Assembly: GCA_051942245.1 (NCBI GenBank)
Contig: JAVECL010000041.1
Coordinates: 1-64,000, forward strand
DNA: 64,000 nucleotides
Direction: 5' to 3'
Source: Trypethelium eluteriae
Lineage: Eukaryota
Of the stretch, positions 1 through 13,135 are shown one piece after another (position 1 is the first letter of the stretch; each line of letters starts with the position of its first letter). A model generated the notes under the pieces. It saw nothing but the letters and a program-made list of their open reading frames with translations, ran no database searches and had not been told where the DNA came from. Position numbers and translations under genes: made by a program.

Positions 1-2
1 GG

Positions 3-389
3 TTTACGGGGGAGGACTCGGGCCCGGTGTCGCAGGCGGTGAGCGATGGGGAGGGCGAGGCTGGCGGGACCGACGCGTCGGGTGATGAGAGAAGTGTGAG
101 GGATGGCAAGGTGAGGAGAGATGGGCTGTTGACGCCGACGGACTTCTCAAGACCCACGACAGCGGATCGGAGCGAGAGTCCAGAGCCCCCGTTGATTGCA
201 AGGCAAGCGCCGAAGGAGACGCAAAGTGGCCCTGCGACGCCTAGTGGTATGCGAGATCTGCAGGACGGGGCGCAGGAATGGGAAGAAACAGTTGCGGAAA
301 GCTCTGTGAGGGGAGAGGAAGAGAATGGTGGGAGCGGTGAGCTGCAGTCCCAGCCGCGCGAACAACAGATTGGGACTGCAGAAGGATGA
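3..389 (+). CDS. C-terminal end of an unidentified protein (acidic, low complexity), truncated by the window start
   Basis: Frame open from base 3 to TGA 387-389; G-rich, E/G/S-rich tail; no recognisable domain. Confidence 0.55.
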   Translation, partial: FTGEDSGPVSQAVSDGEGEAGGTDASGDERSVRDGKVRRDGLLTPTDFSRPTTADRSESPEPPLIARQAPKETQSGPATPSGMRDLQDGAQEWEETVAESSVRGEEENGGSGELQSQPREQQIGTAEG

Positions 390-3300
390 AACAAGGAGAC
401 CCAAGCACAACCTAGGTTTGCATCAGGTACGAGAGTATGATGGGCTCCAAATGGTCCCGTAAGTGGATCCCCATGAATCTCTGGGTTTCGCCATTGTTGA
501 GATACTTCACGTGGGAATCTACTAAGTCCGCACCTCCGGATGTCGCCGCCTCGCGAGGAGCCTCCTGATCCGGGCTATTCCGGGTTGCCTATAACCGCTT
601 TCTGGAAGCTACATGACGGATGTGCTCGCCTTCTGTCAAGGGCCGCCCTGATCCGGTCTTGCTCGGGATGTCGTGGCTCCACATACGCCGTTTCGCGTAA
701 TCGGTGCAATCGGGTACTTTGGCGTTGCCATGAATATGCATATCCTTACCTGGTCACTCCCTGGAGATGAACGGGACAAAGCGAAGTTCCAAGCGAGACG
801 GAACTCTGCGCAATATAGACCCATAGTTTTCAACTGATAATCTTGACGGGGCAAGCATGGTTAACTAAGTATAGAGAGCAGTGTGGGAATACAAATCGAT
901 TGAAATGAGGCGTGATTTATGCAATAGAGCGTGCGCTCGGTGGGAGATTTGCCTAACTGTGGAGGAAGCCGGTCGAACATGACGGTCAAGTTGGAGTCGG
1001 TCGATGACCAAAGGCATCGTTTGATTGAGAGCATGCGGTGCGAGCGTAACCACTACGTCAAAATTTGAATTCACGTCGTGTCGAAGTTTGTTGAGAGGTG
1101 CTCGAGCATGGTTGAGGATGTGCTGTTGCATGAGGACACCCATCCTCGAAAGAGTGTGTACACTAAATCTGCCTTTTGCCAGAGTACTGGCGAGCCGTGG
1201 CCTTGCATATGCGTGCTTCCCGGGCTCAAGGATCTGGAGGCCTCCGCCCAGGAGGACTGGTCTGATTTTTTTCCTAACTCCTTTGTTTGATCGGCATTAC
1301 ATGCATCATGAATGGCATCTCTCCTTCAAGAAGCATCTGAACGTGCGATATTACTGTCGCACAGTCTAGCAACAACCATGAGAGCATCCGGCAAGTGTAC
1401 AGCTGCCGTGCGACAGAATTCGGTGAGATCCTCCAGCGACAAGAAATAGCACAGGAACAGTCACCGCCAGCATTTAGAGTCTGCTTCGGTGAGAGTGCTT
1501 GTACTGGTGTATGCGAGCACGACAGACGGCTGAGTGCATCATCTGGAAAGCTTGAGCAACACTCTTTGACCATGTTGAGCCGGTTTGTGGTGCATTTCTC
1601 TGTCGAATCGTAAGAGATTCCGTGGGACACAACAGCGTTACCCGCTTCTCGCAAGCGAATGGTGCAGGTAATTGCCGTAGACATCTTCAAGTTGACGGCA
1701 GATCTCTTTCCCTAGGGTGTTGCCTGATACGTATCTCTGCCAGATCAATTGGAGTATCATATTGCCCGCTTACCATGAACATCGTGGGCCTTCCAGTAGC
1801 GGCTTTGCACCGTTACGTATCTTATTGACAAGAGCCAGGCGTGTGTGAAGGCATCGGACTGGATGACCAGGATGCAACGATGGAAATCTAAGGAAGGGAT
1901 AAGAAAGTGCATCGGATATGATTGCATTCGTATCTGGACGCGATCATAACCAGTTTAGCTCACAACCTTCAATAAATGTTGGGCGAAATAACGCTCGCAC
2001 CCATTTAGTTGAAAGCAGAAATCAGCATGACGAACAACTCACGTGAGCGGTCGCACAATGAAGGGTTGAGCGATTCGTGCCGCGTTACGAAGAAAAACTG
2101 TTGTAGAGGATTGGCTTTAGTCTACCTGACGTCGGAAGTCTTTCACGTGAAAGAGGCTATTATTTGTGCGTGAGGGAGCTGGTGATAGTCGCCCTCGAGT
2201 GTTACTGCATTCCGGGAGGATTTGATTCGATCGGAAGGATGCAAATGATCGAGGTCCCAGGGAAAGCCGAACGTCATCAGCCGGCCTGCATTGGGGCCTG
2301 GGTCTGCTGCATGCGCCTCGCCCAAAGCAGGTGGTGACGAAGCTGTAGCAGCGGGGCCCACCAGCTCCTTCAAGATGCAGTCCTGCGACGCATCCCGTCT
2401 TGAGCGGTGCACATTGATTTTATAGTTGCTCCAGATGATTTCGGGGCAGCTGAGGCGAGCATGGGAGCCGCCCTAATTGATGAGACCACGGCCGGGCCCT
2501 AGCGGAGAGGTGCCGAGTGGCGACAGGCGGTCGCAGCGTTGACTTTTGGCAGCTTTGGGAAGCAAGACAGCAAGAGAAGAGACACTCCACCACTCGATCA
2601 GGGGCCAGAGTCGAGGGCCTTGCCTACCTAGTCCTGTATAGACGGCTTCCTACTGGCGTGCCTCGCCCCCTCCCCGCTGGGTCGGCAGGACGCTAGCGTA
2701 GCAGCATTGGTTGCTGGGTCCATGGCCAGTCGAAAAAGCCCCCCGCCTTGGTCAAGAATAGGCTCGCCGATTCCGTCATCGTCACGAGACATCCAAATGG
2801 ACAATGGCACGAATGGCACCGGCGGGATAATGCCTTTGCTCCACATGCTTTGAGCACTGCCTTTGCTGCTTACGGGGAGAGCAACCTGGCCGTTCCGCCA
2901 TACACGCTTCCGTGTCCCGCTGCTCGACTCGAGATGTCGCAGCCGGTGCAGCAGCTCCGCCTAGAGCAGTTAGCAGCGGGTGCATTACGGTACAGCTCTC
3001 TAGACTCTGGTCGACGGTCTCGGGATGTGCCATCGTCAGTGCCAAGACCTCTCGCCCCAACACGTCCGCGCAGCGTGATGTACGAACCGCAGGAACGCTG
3101 AGGAGCGGATGAGCTGGGGAGCTGGTGAGATGGTTAGTTGTTGTAGAGCGCCGTGAGCGCCTCTGAGAGAATAGGAGTTGGACCTGTTCCAGGGGCGGGC
3201 GGGATAATTTAAGAATCTCACGTGCCTTGGCGCCTGCTCACTTGCCATTGTCGGCGTCAACGGGCGTGTGATACGTGATGGGTGGATGGTTGAAGTGGCA

Positions 3301-4094
3301 CTTGCCTCTCACTCAACCAGCAACGGCGTCTCCTGCCAAAGGCCCCAGGGTCACGGTGATCGATTGTACACAGAAGAGCAGTTGAAGCCCGTCTGACGGG
3401 CGAACCAGAGGCCTGGCTGCAGAAAGCACAGAGAGAGCCGTCTAGTGTCGAGCGCTAGATTGTCGACTATTAGCTTGCCCCCACCAGGCGGGACCAAACG
3501 TCACTGTTTGGCTCGAGACACGCGAGTGGTTGAGCGAACCAAGAGCGAAGCAGTCACGGGGTCCCTATGCCCGCACCGCAACCACTACCAAGCACCATCA
3601 CCATCTGCCCTCTTCTCAAACCAATCCTTCCACCTACACCTGCCTTCCGAACTTCGCGATCCCAATCTACACCTTAAATTCTCTCACTCTACCACTTCCT
3701 CCCCACACCCCTATCTTAGGCGGCTCTGTGTGCTTGAATCCCAGCCTTTGCATTGGCGGCCCTCTTGCGCTAAACTATTCCCTGTTCCTTCACCACCACC
3801 GGATCTCTCCTAACAACCCGCAGCTTTACCACCCCCAAACTGTGTCCAATACCAACCCTTAGCCAACGCGCAGCTTCGATCCATTTCACCGTCGACCTCA
3901 ATCGCTGCGAGACAGCCTGAGCCCCACCTTTGAGCTCCGCCTCTCGGTTCTCACTTCGACACGCATAGTTGCCCATTACGGACTTACTCGCGACCTCTCT
4001 CCGGTCGATCCACCAAATCCTGAACATCAGCCCGCCTTTCTCGCGATAACATCTCGTCAACAGACACCAGACCTGGTTTGACTGGAATAGCGGC

Positions 4095-5611
4095 ATGTCA
4101 CAGACTCGGCCTTCCAACGCGTTTTCCAGCTTGAGAATGGGCGGTAAGTCCGGCACGTCTCTGGCATCGCAAATTCATGGAGCTGATCTTCTTCAGAGGT
4201 CATCCGCGAGAAAGTCCAAGATGGACTTACTGGCGAAACTCGGGAAATGCAATATACGCAGTGCAAGATTGTTGGCAATGGTTCTTTCGGTGTCGTTTTC
4301 CAGACCAAACTCGCACCCAGTGGTGAGGATGCCGCGATCAAGAGAGTTCTTCAAGACAAACGGTTCAAGGTTGGCTCACTTCGTAAGCTTTGTTGAGACT
4401 CGCTGCTGATTTCGGGGTAGAATCGGGAGCTGCAAATTATGCGTATTGTTCGACACCCCAACATCGTGGAATTGAAGGCATTTTACTATTCCAATGGCGA
4501 TCGAGTAAGTAGCACTCGCGCTCTATGCGCCCGTTGAAATCTAACGGGTCTACAGAAGGATGAAGTATATCTCAATCTTGTTCTGGAGTTCGTGCCTGAG
4601 ACCGTCTATCGAGCGTCTCGCTACTTCAACAAGATGAAGACTACGATGCCCATCCTTGAAGTCAAACTCTACATCTACCAGCTTTTCCGATCACTTGCTT
4701 ATATCCACTCTATGGGCATTTGCCACAGAGACATCAAGCCACAAAACCTCCTCCTTGACCCCAACAGCGGCGTTCTCAAACTCTGCGATTTCGGCAGTGC
4801 CAAGATACTGGTGGAGAATGAGCCGAATGTGTCATATATTTGCTCTCGGTACTATCGAGCTCCCGAGCTCATTTTTGGTGCAACCAATTACACCACGAAG
4901 ATTGGTAGGCGCCTAAATGTTACATGCACGATTGTCACGTGACTGACCGGGTTTTCCAGATGTGTGGTCCACCGGCTGCGTCATGGCAGAGCTGATGCTT
5001 GGCCAGCCGCTTTTCCCCGGAGAATCAGGTATTGATCAGCTTGTGGAAATTATCAAGGTGCTTGGGACACCGACTAGGGATCAGATTCGCACAATGAATC
5101 CCAACTACATGGAGCACAAATTCCCTCAGATCAAGCCACATCCGTTTAGCAAGGTAGATCCACTATTATGTTTAATCCAACGCAAGCATTCATTAATCGC
5201 CCATAATCAGGTGTTTCGACGGGCGGAACCAAGTGCCATTGATCTAATTTCAAGGTTACTTGAGTACACACCTACGCAACGACTTTCGGCCATCGAGGCC
5301 ATGGTTCACCCCTTCTTTGATGATCTTCGAGATCCGAACACCAGATTGCCGGACTCACGTCATGCTAATGGTGCCTCAAAGGACCTTCCGGAACTCTTCA
5401 ACTTTGATCATCATGGTACGCCCATCAAAACCTCCTCAATTTTAGAGAAGCTAACCAAATCCAAGAACTGTCTATCGCACCACAGCTCAATCAAAAATTG
5501 GTCCCACCACATGTGAGGGCCGCACTGAGAGCACGAGATCCACGACTTGACATTGATTCGCCCAATTTCACGCCGAAACCCAAGGAGGAAATGATGGCGC
5601 GGCTGGATTGA
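4095..5611 (+). CDS. gsk3: Glycogen synthase kinase-3 (7 exons)
   Basis: Spliced product [74 protein letters not shown]; six GT-AG introns (first 4144-4196, second 4370-4420) restore the frame. Confidence 0.97.
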
Positions 5612-6410
5612 TCTTGTCACCACTCCAATCGATAAAAGTATGCATTACGAATGATCACGTCGTTTTTCTCTGGCAGGTTCAAGGCGCTGTTTTGGCACCA
5701 CAGGGTCTTCTTCCCCGTCGAAAACACTTTGCTAGCCAGAGCTCTATCCTTTTCTCGGCGTTCAGAGGCTGGCACCGAGCGCATGAAACGATACTTCATC
5801 ACAGGTGCGATCTGAGAAATTGCCACTGTCGTTTGCTCCCCCTTCCCCCCACCTGGACGGACTGACTAACCCTTGGCCCAATCTCTCTTCTTTTTCTTGC
5901 ATTCCTTGCTCGCTGATCAAGGACGCTGCGGCTGGACGTGTCTCCGAGCTTTGGAGATGGATTGCGTGGGGAGCATCCACGGCAGATTGCATGTTGCCTG
6001 TGTATTTTCAAATGACGGTTTGATGGGGTTCTGTATTGAAGATGACTTGACGATGGCTCGCCGCTTGCGCTCACCTGGGCACTCTAATCCATTGCGGTTG
6101 GAAGGTAATGGATGGGTGACAGTTGCTGGATGAGCTTCCCTAGACTCGAGGGAAAATGCTAGATTTCATATTCCTACAAGTACGTCTACCGGGGGTCTTC
6201 TCTCTTCATTCTGTGGTACTCAAAAGACTTGGGATCGAAATATCACTTTGACAGCAACCAATGAGACGTATTCCAATGATATTTAATGGCTTTTGAACGG
6301 TGACTGCCGCGTCATTCGTGATGTTCACTTTTGCTACTGAGAATAGTGCATCTTGTCCGAAAACTCAGATCCTGACTATAACAAGCTTACCTCTTACTCT
6401 TACATGGCCG

Positions 6411-6433
6411 CTGAACCAACTGAACCAACTGAA
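6411..6433. repeat. Short tandem repeat (CTGAACCAA)x2.5
   Basis: ctgaaccaactgaaccaactgaa. Confidence 0.7.
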
Positions 6434-6869
6434 GCTCTCACGTGAATCTTCATATTTCTGGATGTAGTTGATCAATCCAACAACACCTACAAGTGACTTC
6501 AGGGCCCTCGCTCTCATTAGATATTTCTGTTCCTCTGTTTTGAGACGCATGATAACCACACACTCATTCATGGAGACAGCTAGCAATATGGAAGGCGTCG
6601 CCTTCGATGAGAATGCTGCGTTTAGCGGATTCAGAAATCTCTCTCTTCGTGATGAAGCACCGACGTCTCAATCTAACGGAGTTTTCTCCCGGGCCAATCG
6701 TGAGCTCCATGACCGAATTCGGTTAGCTCCTCAAGGTCCTAGAGAGCTAACCTTCATAACTCGCGACAACTACGCGAAAGCTCGGCTATACAAGCAAAAG
6801 GGCATACCCAACCGTGTCAACCTTTCCAGTGGTCCCACAAACTGTCGGAGTATTGAAGAAAGGTCAACA

Positions 6870-9800
6870 ATGGCAGACGCAGAGAGTGGTGGACGCCGCA
6901 GCGGTGGAGGCTATGGAGGACGAGGGCATCAGAACTCCAAGAAACGACGTTATCGCGGTGGTAAGCTTGGTATCCCTATCGTCTTCACTTCTGGTTCCTT
7001 CTACGGATACTGCAAAGATGCTTGTGGCGGATTTTGAGCGCGGTTAGCTCACACGACTTTCTAGATGACGATGACCATTACGAGCGCAGGCCTCAGCGCC
7101 GCAGGTACCAGGAACCATTGGCGCAAAAGGTTCGGCGTGAACTTCTGCAGATCGCAGAGTCGGTAAGTTCCTATCTGGTGCAACATGATAGACATCAAAG
7201 GTGTGAAGACTTACACTTTGTAGCAAACACGGACCCCAGAAGACGACGCGCGCAACATAGCTACTATCGTTGTAGAAGGGTTTGACGACCTTGAGATGGT
7301 CAAGAGCTTTCATGAGCTTATACTACAGCTGTGAGTATCCCTGACGATTCCATATCGACAGACCGAAAGCTTATCGTTAATCAGTGTCCTCGAACAACCC
7401 TTCAAGATCCCGTTCGTCGCTGTGGTCATCATTTATGCCAATCAGCAGAAGACTGAAATTGCAGAAGAAACATTAGCACGTGCAGGTCAAAAGGCTCAAC
7501 AATTCGCTGAAGCTGGATCGTGGAGGGACTTCAAATTAGTATTGCGCTTTTTGGCATGTCTTCAGAGGATTTGCGACGGGGAAGGAGTTTTTCCAATCCT
7601 TGACGAGCTCTTCAACAAAGCTGCCGATCTCCAAGAGCAGTCGGCCGAAGATGTGAAACTACCCTGTCATTGACCTTTGCCTCTCGAGCTAACACCAGAC
7701 CAGGCTGTTGGGCTAGAGCTAGTTAAGATCATCCTATTGACGATTCCGTACGCCCTGCAGGAGCGATCACCGGCCTTTGAGGAGAGAACTCGAGACTTGC
7801 TTGCGAAGACTGAAATCATAGCCGATGCCCCGCACACACTGCATTCATTGGTCGATCCATATCCCGCTGTTCCTGAGGGAGTGGAGAGACCAATGGCAGC
7901 AAGCAGTGTGATCAGCTTGCTACAGAAACAGCTGCAACATGAATCAGAAAACAACTGGGAGTTCTCATGCATCCCCAAGCTTATCCAGAATGTAGCGCCT
8001 GGACCAGACGGTGAAGCGGCTGTTAAGAAACACACTTTCCCAACTATTATCATACCTGAAGCCGTGAACCCAGGATCTCGACCACTTTTTCCAGAAATCT
8101 ATTTTTCTCTATATGCAGATCAAGAACTTGAGGTATGTTTCTGACTTCCCCTAGTTCTACTCTCTTTAACTAAGTGCCAAGACTGTTCCTCCAACTACCG
8201 ATATCTCATCCACACTTCTTCGCGACTCGTTAGTCGACACTATCAATATGCTTGACTTCAACCGAACCGCTGTTGCCCAGTGCCTGATTGATCTCGACCT
8301 GTACTGGGCTCAAGGAACTTTCGTGGGACGTGGCAAGCAATTCGACACACTACGAGAGCTAGCCGCCGATGGGAAGAAGATCTGGAAACCCGAAGACATG
8401 GCAGTCGATGCTGTCTTTTCACAGATCTTTCAGCTGCCGTCGCCTGAGCATAGACTTGTCTACTTTCACTCGGTGATAACCGAATGTTGCAAGGTCGCGC
8501 CGGCGGCGATCGCGCCCAGCTTAGGCCGAGCCATTCGGTTCTTGTATACTAACGTTGACTACATGGACTTGGAACTTGCATACCGGTTTCTTGACTGGTT
8601 CGCACACCATCTAAGCAACTTCGAATTTCGATGGAAATGGACTGAATGGTAAGGATGATATTCGCTAAATCTAGAATTATCTTGTTGCTGATTGCTCAGG
8701 ACCGGTGATGTCGATAAGACAAATCTCCACCCCAAAAAGGCTTTCATTGTAGGGATCATTGACAAGGAAATCCGTCTCAGCTTTGCCAAACGCATCCGAG
8801 AGACACTGCCTCAGATTTATCATCCACTCATCTCGGAAGGAAAGGAGAAAGATACGCCAGATTTCAAGTATGCATCAGACCAAGTCCCATTCGCAAAGGA
8901 GGCTCGTGAAATACATGGCCTTCTTCGAAATAAAGCTCCCGACGGAGCATTCGCAGGCCCACTCACCGCAATCGCCCGCGCTTCGCTCGATCACTCCCCC
9001 ACGTCCAATCCCCTCTTGCCAGCCACCGACGCCTTCGTCACTGCCATCTGCTTCCTTGGCTCCAAATCTCTCTCCCACGTCCTCTCGTGCATCGATCGCT
9101 GCAAGGACCGGCTCCTCGCTCTCGGCCGCGGCCAGCTCGTCACCACTCACCCAGACACCACAACCGAAAACGGCGACAACGACGCGCTCGAAGCCCAGCC
9201 GGAGATCGTCACCGGCGACGGCGCCGCCGTCAAGCGGCAGATCGTCCAGAGCGTGGTGAGCTACTGGCGTGACCATCCGGGGATCGCAGTCAGCCTCGTC
9301 GACAAGCTGCTAAACTACACCGTCCTGACACCGCAGTCTGTCCTCGAGTGGGCGCTGATGACGGGCTCGTCCGGTCTTCCAGACGCAGGGGCTCAAGCCG
9401 CCGACGGCGCTGACGCGACTAATGACGGCATGGGCATGGGCGTGGGCGAGGCGGGTGGGCCCCGCGAGGCTGGTCGGGCGGGCAGCAAGCTTGCCGAGGC
9501 GTACGTGTACGAGATGGTTGCGTCGACGGTAGCGAAAGTGACGGGTCGAGTGCGGCAGATCGTTGCGATGCGGACACGAGGCGAGGTGCCGGAGCAGCAT
9601 GTTGCTATGCTGGATGAGCATCTAGAGCGCGAGCGGGCAGATATGAGGGGCATGCTGGAGTCGGTGAAGGATGCGGTTGGCGGGGTAGCGAGTGGGGCTG
9701 CGGATGGGATGATTGAGGCAGAGGGGCAGGTGCCGGTCAGTCAGGAGGACTTGCAGCTCAGAAAGCAGTGGGGCCTGAGATGGTACAAAGTGTTCGAGAG

Positions 9801-10011
9801 GAAGGGGATTGTGGAAGAGGGAGTGGTCGGGGAGGCAGCGGTGCAGATGGCGGCGGAGGTCGCAAGGAAGGCGGCTGAGGAGGCGGAGGCCAATGATGCA
9901 CGTTTGGCAGTCAAGGAAGAAACTGGGACGGACGAGGTGAAGATGGAGGATGCTAATGGGGAGGCCAACGGGTACGGAGATGTTGCAAATGGGGACGATG
10001 AAATACGGTGA
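6870..10011 (+). CDS. cbc1: Nuclear cap-binding complex large subunit CBP80 (MIF4G-like; 7 exons)
   Basis: N-terminal basic KKRRYR, EQPFKIPF, KVAPAAIAPSLGRAIRFLY, FLDWFAHHLSNFEFRWKWTEW, EIRLSFAKRIRETLP, GSKSLSH; six introns restore the frame. Confidence 0.95.
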
Positions 10012-10833
10012 ACCTTGCAGAGCTCTTTTTGAACGACTTCTCCGCGAGGACGATGAACTTCCGTGGCCACTTCTGAGGATGTTTATTCTTCTGAGATCTT
10101 CCTCGAGGACGATCATCGAGGAGTTCATGCTGCAATCAGGATAGGAGTTGATTATGCGAGGGACTGGTGCACCATTATTTGACTTTTATCCAGCATACTT
10201 CCTTGATCTCTTCGACATTCCGCCAATCTGTACAATTCTTAGACTTACTAGAAAACTGAAGCTGATGGTATTTCCAATGATCTGTGCACTATGCAATAGA
10301 ATGTTATGCGATATGCACTCTACCCTAAGGTCTCAGCACTGTCACTTTCTTTGCCATGATTGAATAGCCAGGGGCGCAGCTGCGGGCCCTTGATATTGAT
10401 TTCGTTTTAACCTCATGAAATTGAACAAAATCTACGCTTCCCAATGCGCCATATATTGCCTGTGTGATTTCGTGGATCAGAGCAGGTACGGGGCACACCG
10501 AGTGATTATAAATTAGGTACCTTCCATGATATCTAGAGTTGTATAGAAGAAGTGTCGGTACTTAAAAGCGTTCAATCAACATGCGCTGCGGTGAGAGCTG
10601 CCTATAGGGCAACTCGGTCGGCCGGCGGCCTCGAAGGTATAAAGTAGGGAGAGAAACCGCGGGGCGGAGCGGAGGTCGGTGTCGGTCAGCCCCCGCTATG
10701 ACGAAGTTATCGTCGATTAGTAGGTTTTCCGCGACACTTTTCACTTTTTCGCTTCTTATCCCCATGACACATCTCCATGCTTTTCTTCACCTCTCAGCAT
10801 GCCTATGGTTGAGCAAACAACCTTCACAGCACG

Positions 10834-11986
10834 ATGCCTCGGGTCGTGCCACCGATTGAAGGCCGCACAGCGCACCCATCCCTCTCTCCTTCAATCGTCG
10901 AGACCGTCGCTGGCTTTACAGCGGGTATCGTGAGCACACTGGCGGTGCACCCTTTCGATGTTGTCAAGACGCGTTTGCAAGGTAGGAATGCCAGAGGGTT
11001 TAAAGGTCTCGAGCGAAGATGATGAGCCTGGGAACTTAGGCTGATCGAAGGCGTCTTCAGTGCGGCAAGTTCAGCGGACGCGATGGGGCGACACTTGGAG
11101 AGTAACGCGTGAGCTCATGCTGGAAGAGAGGAGTGGGCGCGCCTTCTATCGCGGTCTCATGCCAAACATGATTGGTAATTCGGTTAGCTGGGCGCTCTAT
11201 TTTCTCTGGTGAGAAGCCCTCGGGTGCACAACCGAATCACTTCGCGACCCCTAATTGCCCGCAGGTATGGAAATCTCAAGGAGATGCTGGTATCACTCCG
11301 AGGCGAGAATGCGCAACTGTCGTCTTCAGACTACTTCATCGCGTCAGGCGTCTCAGGAATCCTCACAGCCGCCTGCACTAATCCGATCTGGGTTATCAAG
11401 ACTAGAATGCTGTCCACTGCCCGCAATGCACCTGACGCATACACCGGCATCATGCATGGCGCCAGGGACATCTGGACACGCGAAGGCATCCCGGGATTCT
11501 ACCGTGGCCTCATCCCCTCATTATTCGGCGTATCACATGGGGCGATACAATTCATGGCATACGAGCAACTAAAAAACCACTGGGCGAAGAGCAGGGGCAG
11601 CAAGCAGGACCTGACAAATCTGGATTATGTAAATTTGTCTGCAATGTCAAAGGCCTTTGCGGGAAGCGTCACATACCCATATCAGGTCCTGAGGACCAGG
11701 TTACAAATCAAGGATGAAGCGACAGGAACATTCCTGAACGTTAGAGGAGTGGCAAGCCAGATCTGGAAACAGGAGGGACTCGCAGGTTTCTACAGAGGGT
11801 AGGCCGCAGTTCCTATTCTCTAACTCTTCTAAACTGAGCCGGGCTTCAGCGCTGACAACACAACTTAGACTTGGGCCCAATATCATTCGCGTCCTCCCTT
11901 CGACCTGCGTGACGTTTCTGGTGTACGAAAACACCAAGCACTACCTCCCTAGAATATACGATCCCGAAGATTCAGCAGGAGAATGA
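10834..11986 (+). CDS. flx1: Mitochondrial carrier, FAD/folate transporter type (4 exons)
   Basis: Three PxD/WxxKxR-type signatures (HPFDVVKTRLQ, NPIWVIKTRM, YPYQVLRTRLQ), GNSVSWALYF, GVSHGAIQFMAYEQLK. Confidence 0.88.
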
Positions 11987-13135
11987 TAGAGTAGACGGAA
12001 CAACACCTATAACTCCGATGACCTGATACGCACGCCGTGTACATAGTGAGCTTATCTATAGACCGGTCCTCTCGTAGGAAACTGGCGTTTCGGGTTGGGT
12101 CTGCTCCGAGGATACACTGGCAGCGGCTCACCCACTGGGACGGATGGTCACCAAGTGAATATAGACACGTAAAAATGCAAACCACATTCTTGCATTCCAA
12201 ATTATCATGCCACATCAGGCAATGTGCTTTATGCGTGCAAATGCTACTGATTACGTCTATCCTGATCCTGAAATTTCAAAGCTTCGAGAAGATGGCCAAT
12301 TAGGGTTGAGGCGAAACACTCAGGGACCAATCCAAACGCAACACGCTATCTGACTGAGACCGTGAGACCGTGAGACAGTGCGGCAGCGGCGTCATTCCTT
12401 CCGCCACTATCTCAGCGGGCTTCAGCCTCCCGTCGGACGTTGCCACCCGGCTGTGATAGCGTTCATTAAGCTTCTTTCAGCATGGCAGAGCATTGTAGCT
12501 ACGGTGCTACAGTGCTCTATCCTGCGGACTATCTGCACCGCAAACCACAATGTTCTAACCAAGCTAGGTAGGGTAGATACAGAAGTCACGCCTTGGGTCT
12601 TTCACCCATGCTTGGCAGACATTATTCAAGATGAGGCAGGTAAAAAGATCTCGAATTAGCCAAATGCCACCAGAGCCCTTGGCATCTCGTAACCAAGACG
12701 TGCCAAGCGAGGTGGCCTGGTGGCATAGTGGTGTATACTGGCGCTAGTAACTTTCGGTCCGTGCTAGGATCTTATCCACCAATCATCCAGCATCATCACC
12801 ATGTTCAACCCACCTCACTGTGTTGATTAGGCAGGTACAGGGTGTCGTACCCGGCCTTACGTCCGATCAACCCTCCAAATCCTGTGCGAGTGCCAATGCC
12901 ACGATTGGCTTGACGGGACTCCCCTGATAACGGATATGGAGCACCAAGGGGTACCTGCAGGGCAAGGAGCAGTCGCTTCGATGATGCCATGGACACAGGA
13001 GATGGGCGAAGCGCGACTGTGGGGAAAATACATTAAAGAGCCGGCGAAGCCCCTCTTGACCATAGTGGGCTCTTCTGAGTGTCGTCGTGCTACTCTCGTT
13101 TGCAAGGCCATTCTTTGATTACCATTCTTTTGACA

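Noticed and set aside
6958..7064. GTG-GTAAGC at CBP80 intron 1 as a possible stwintron
   Set aside because: Removing an internal intron would not rebuild a good donor; a simple intron restores the frame
9622..10128. Long antisense ORFs over CBP80, the S53 gene, RIX1, RPF1 and aspartate kinase
   Set aside because: Shadow ORFs expected from GC-rich coding sequence; no recognisable motifs
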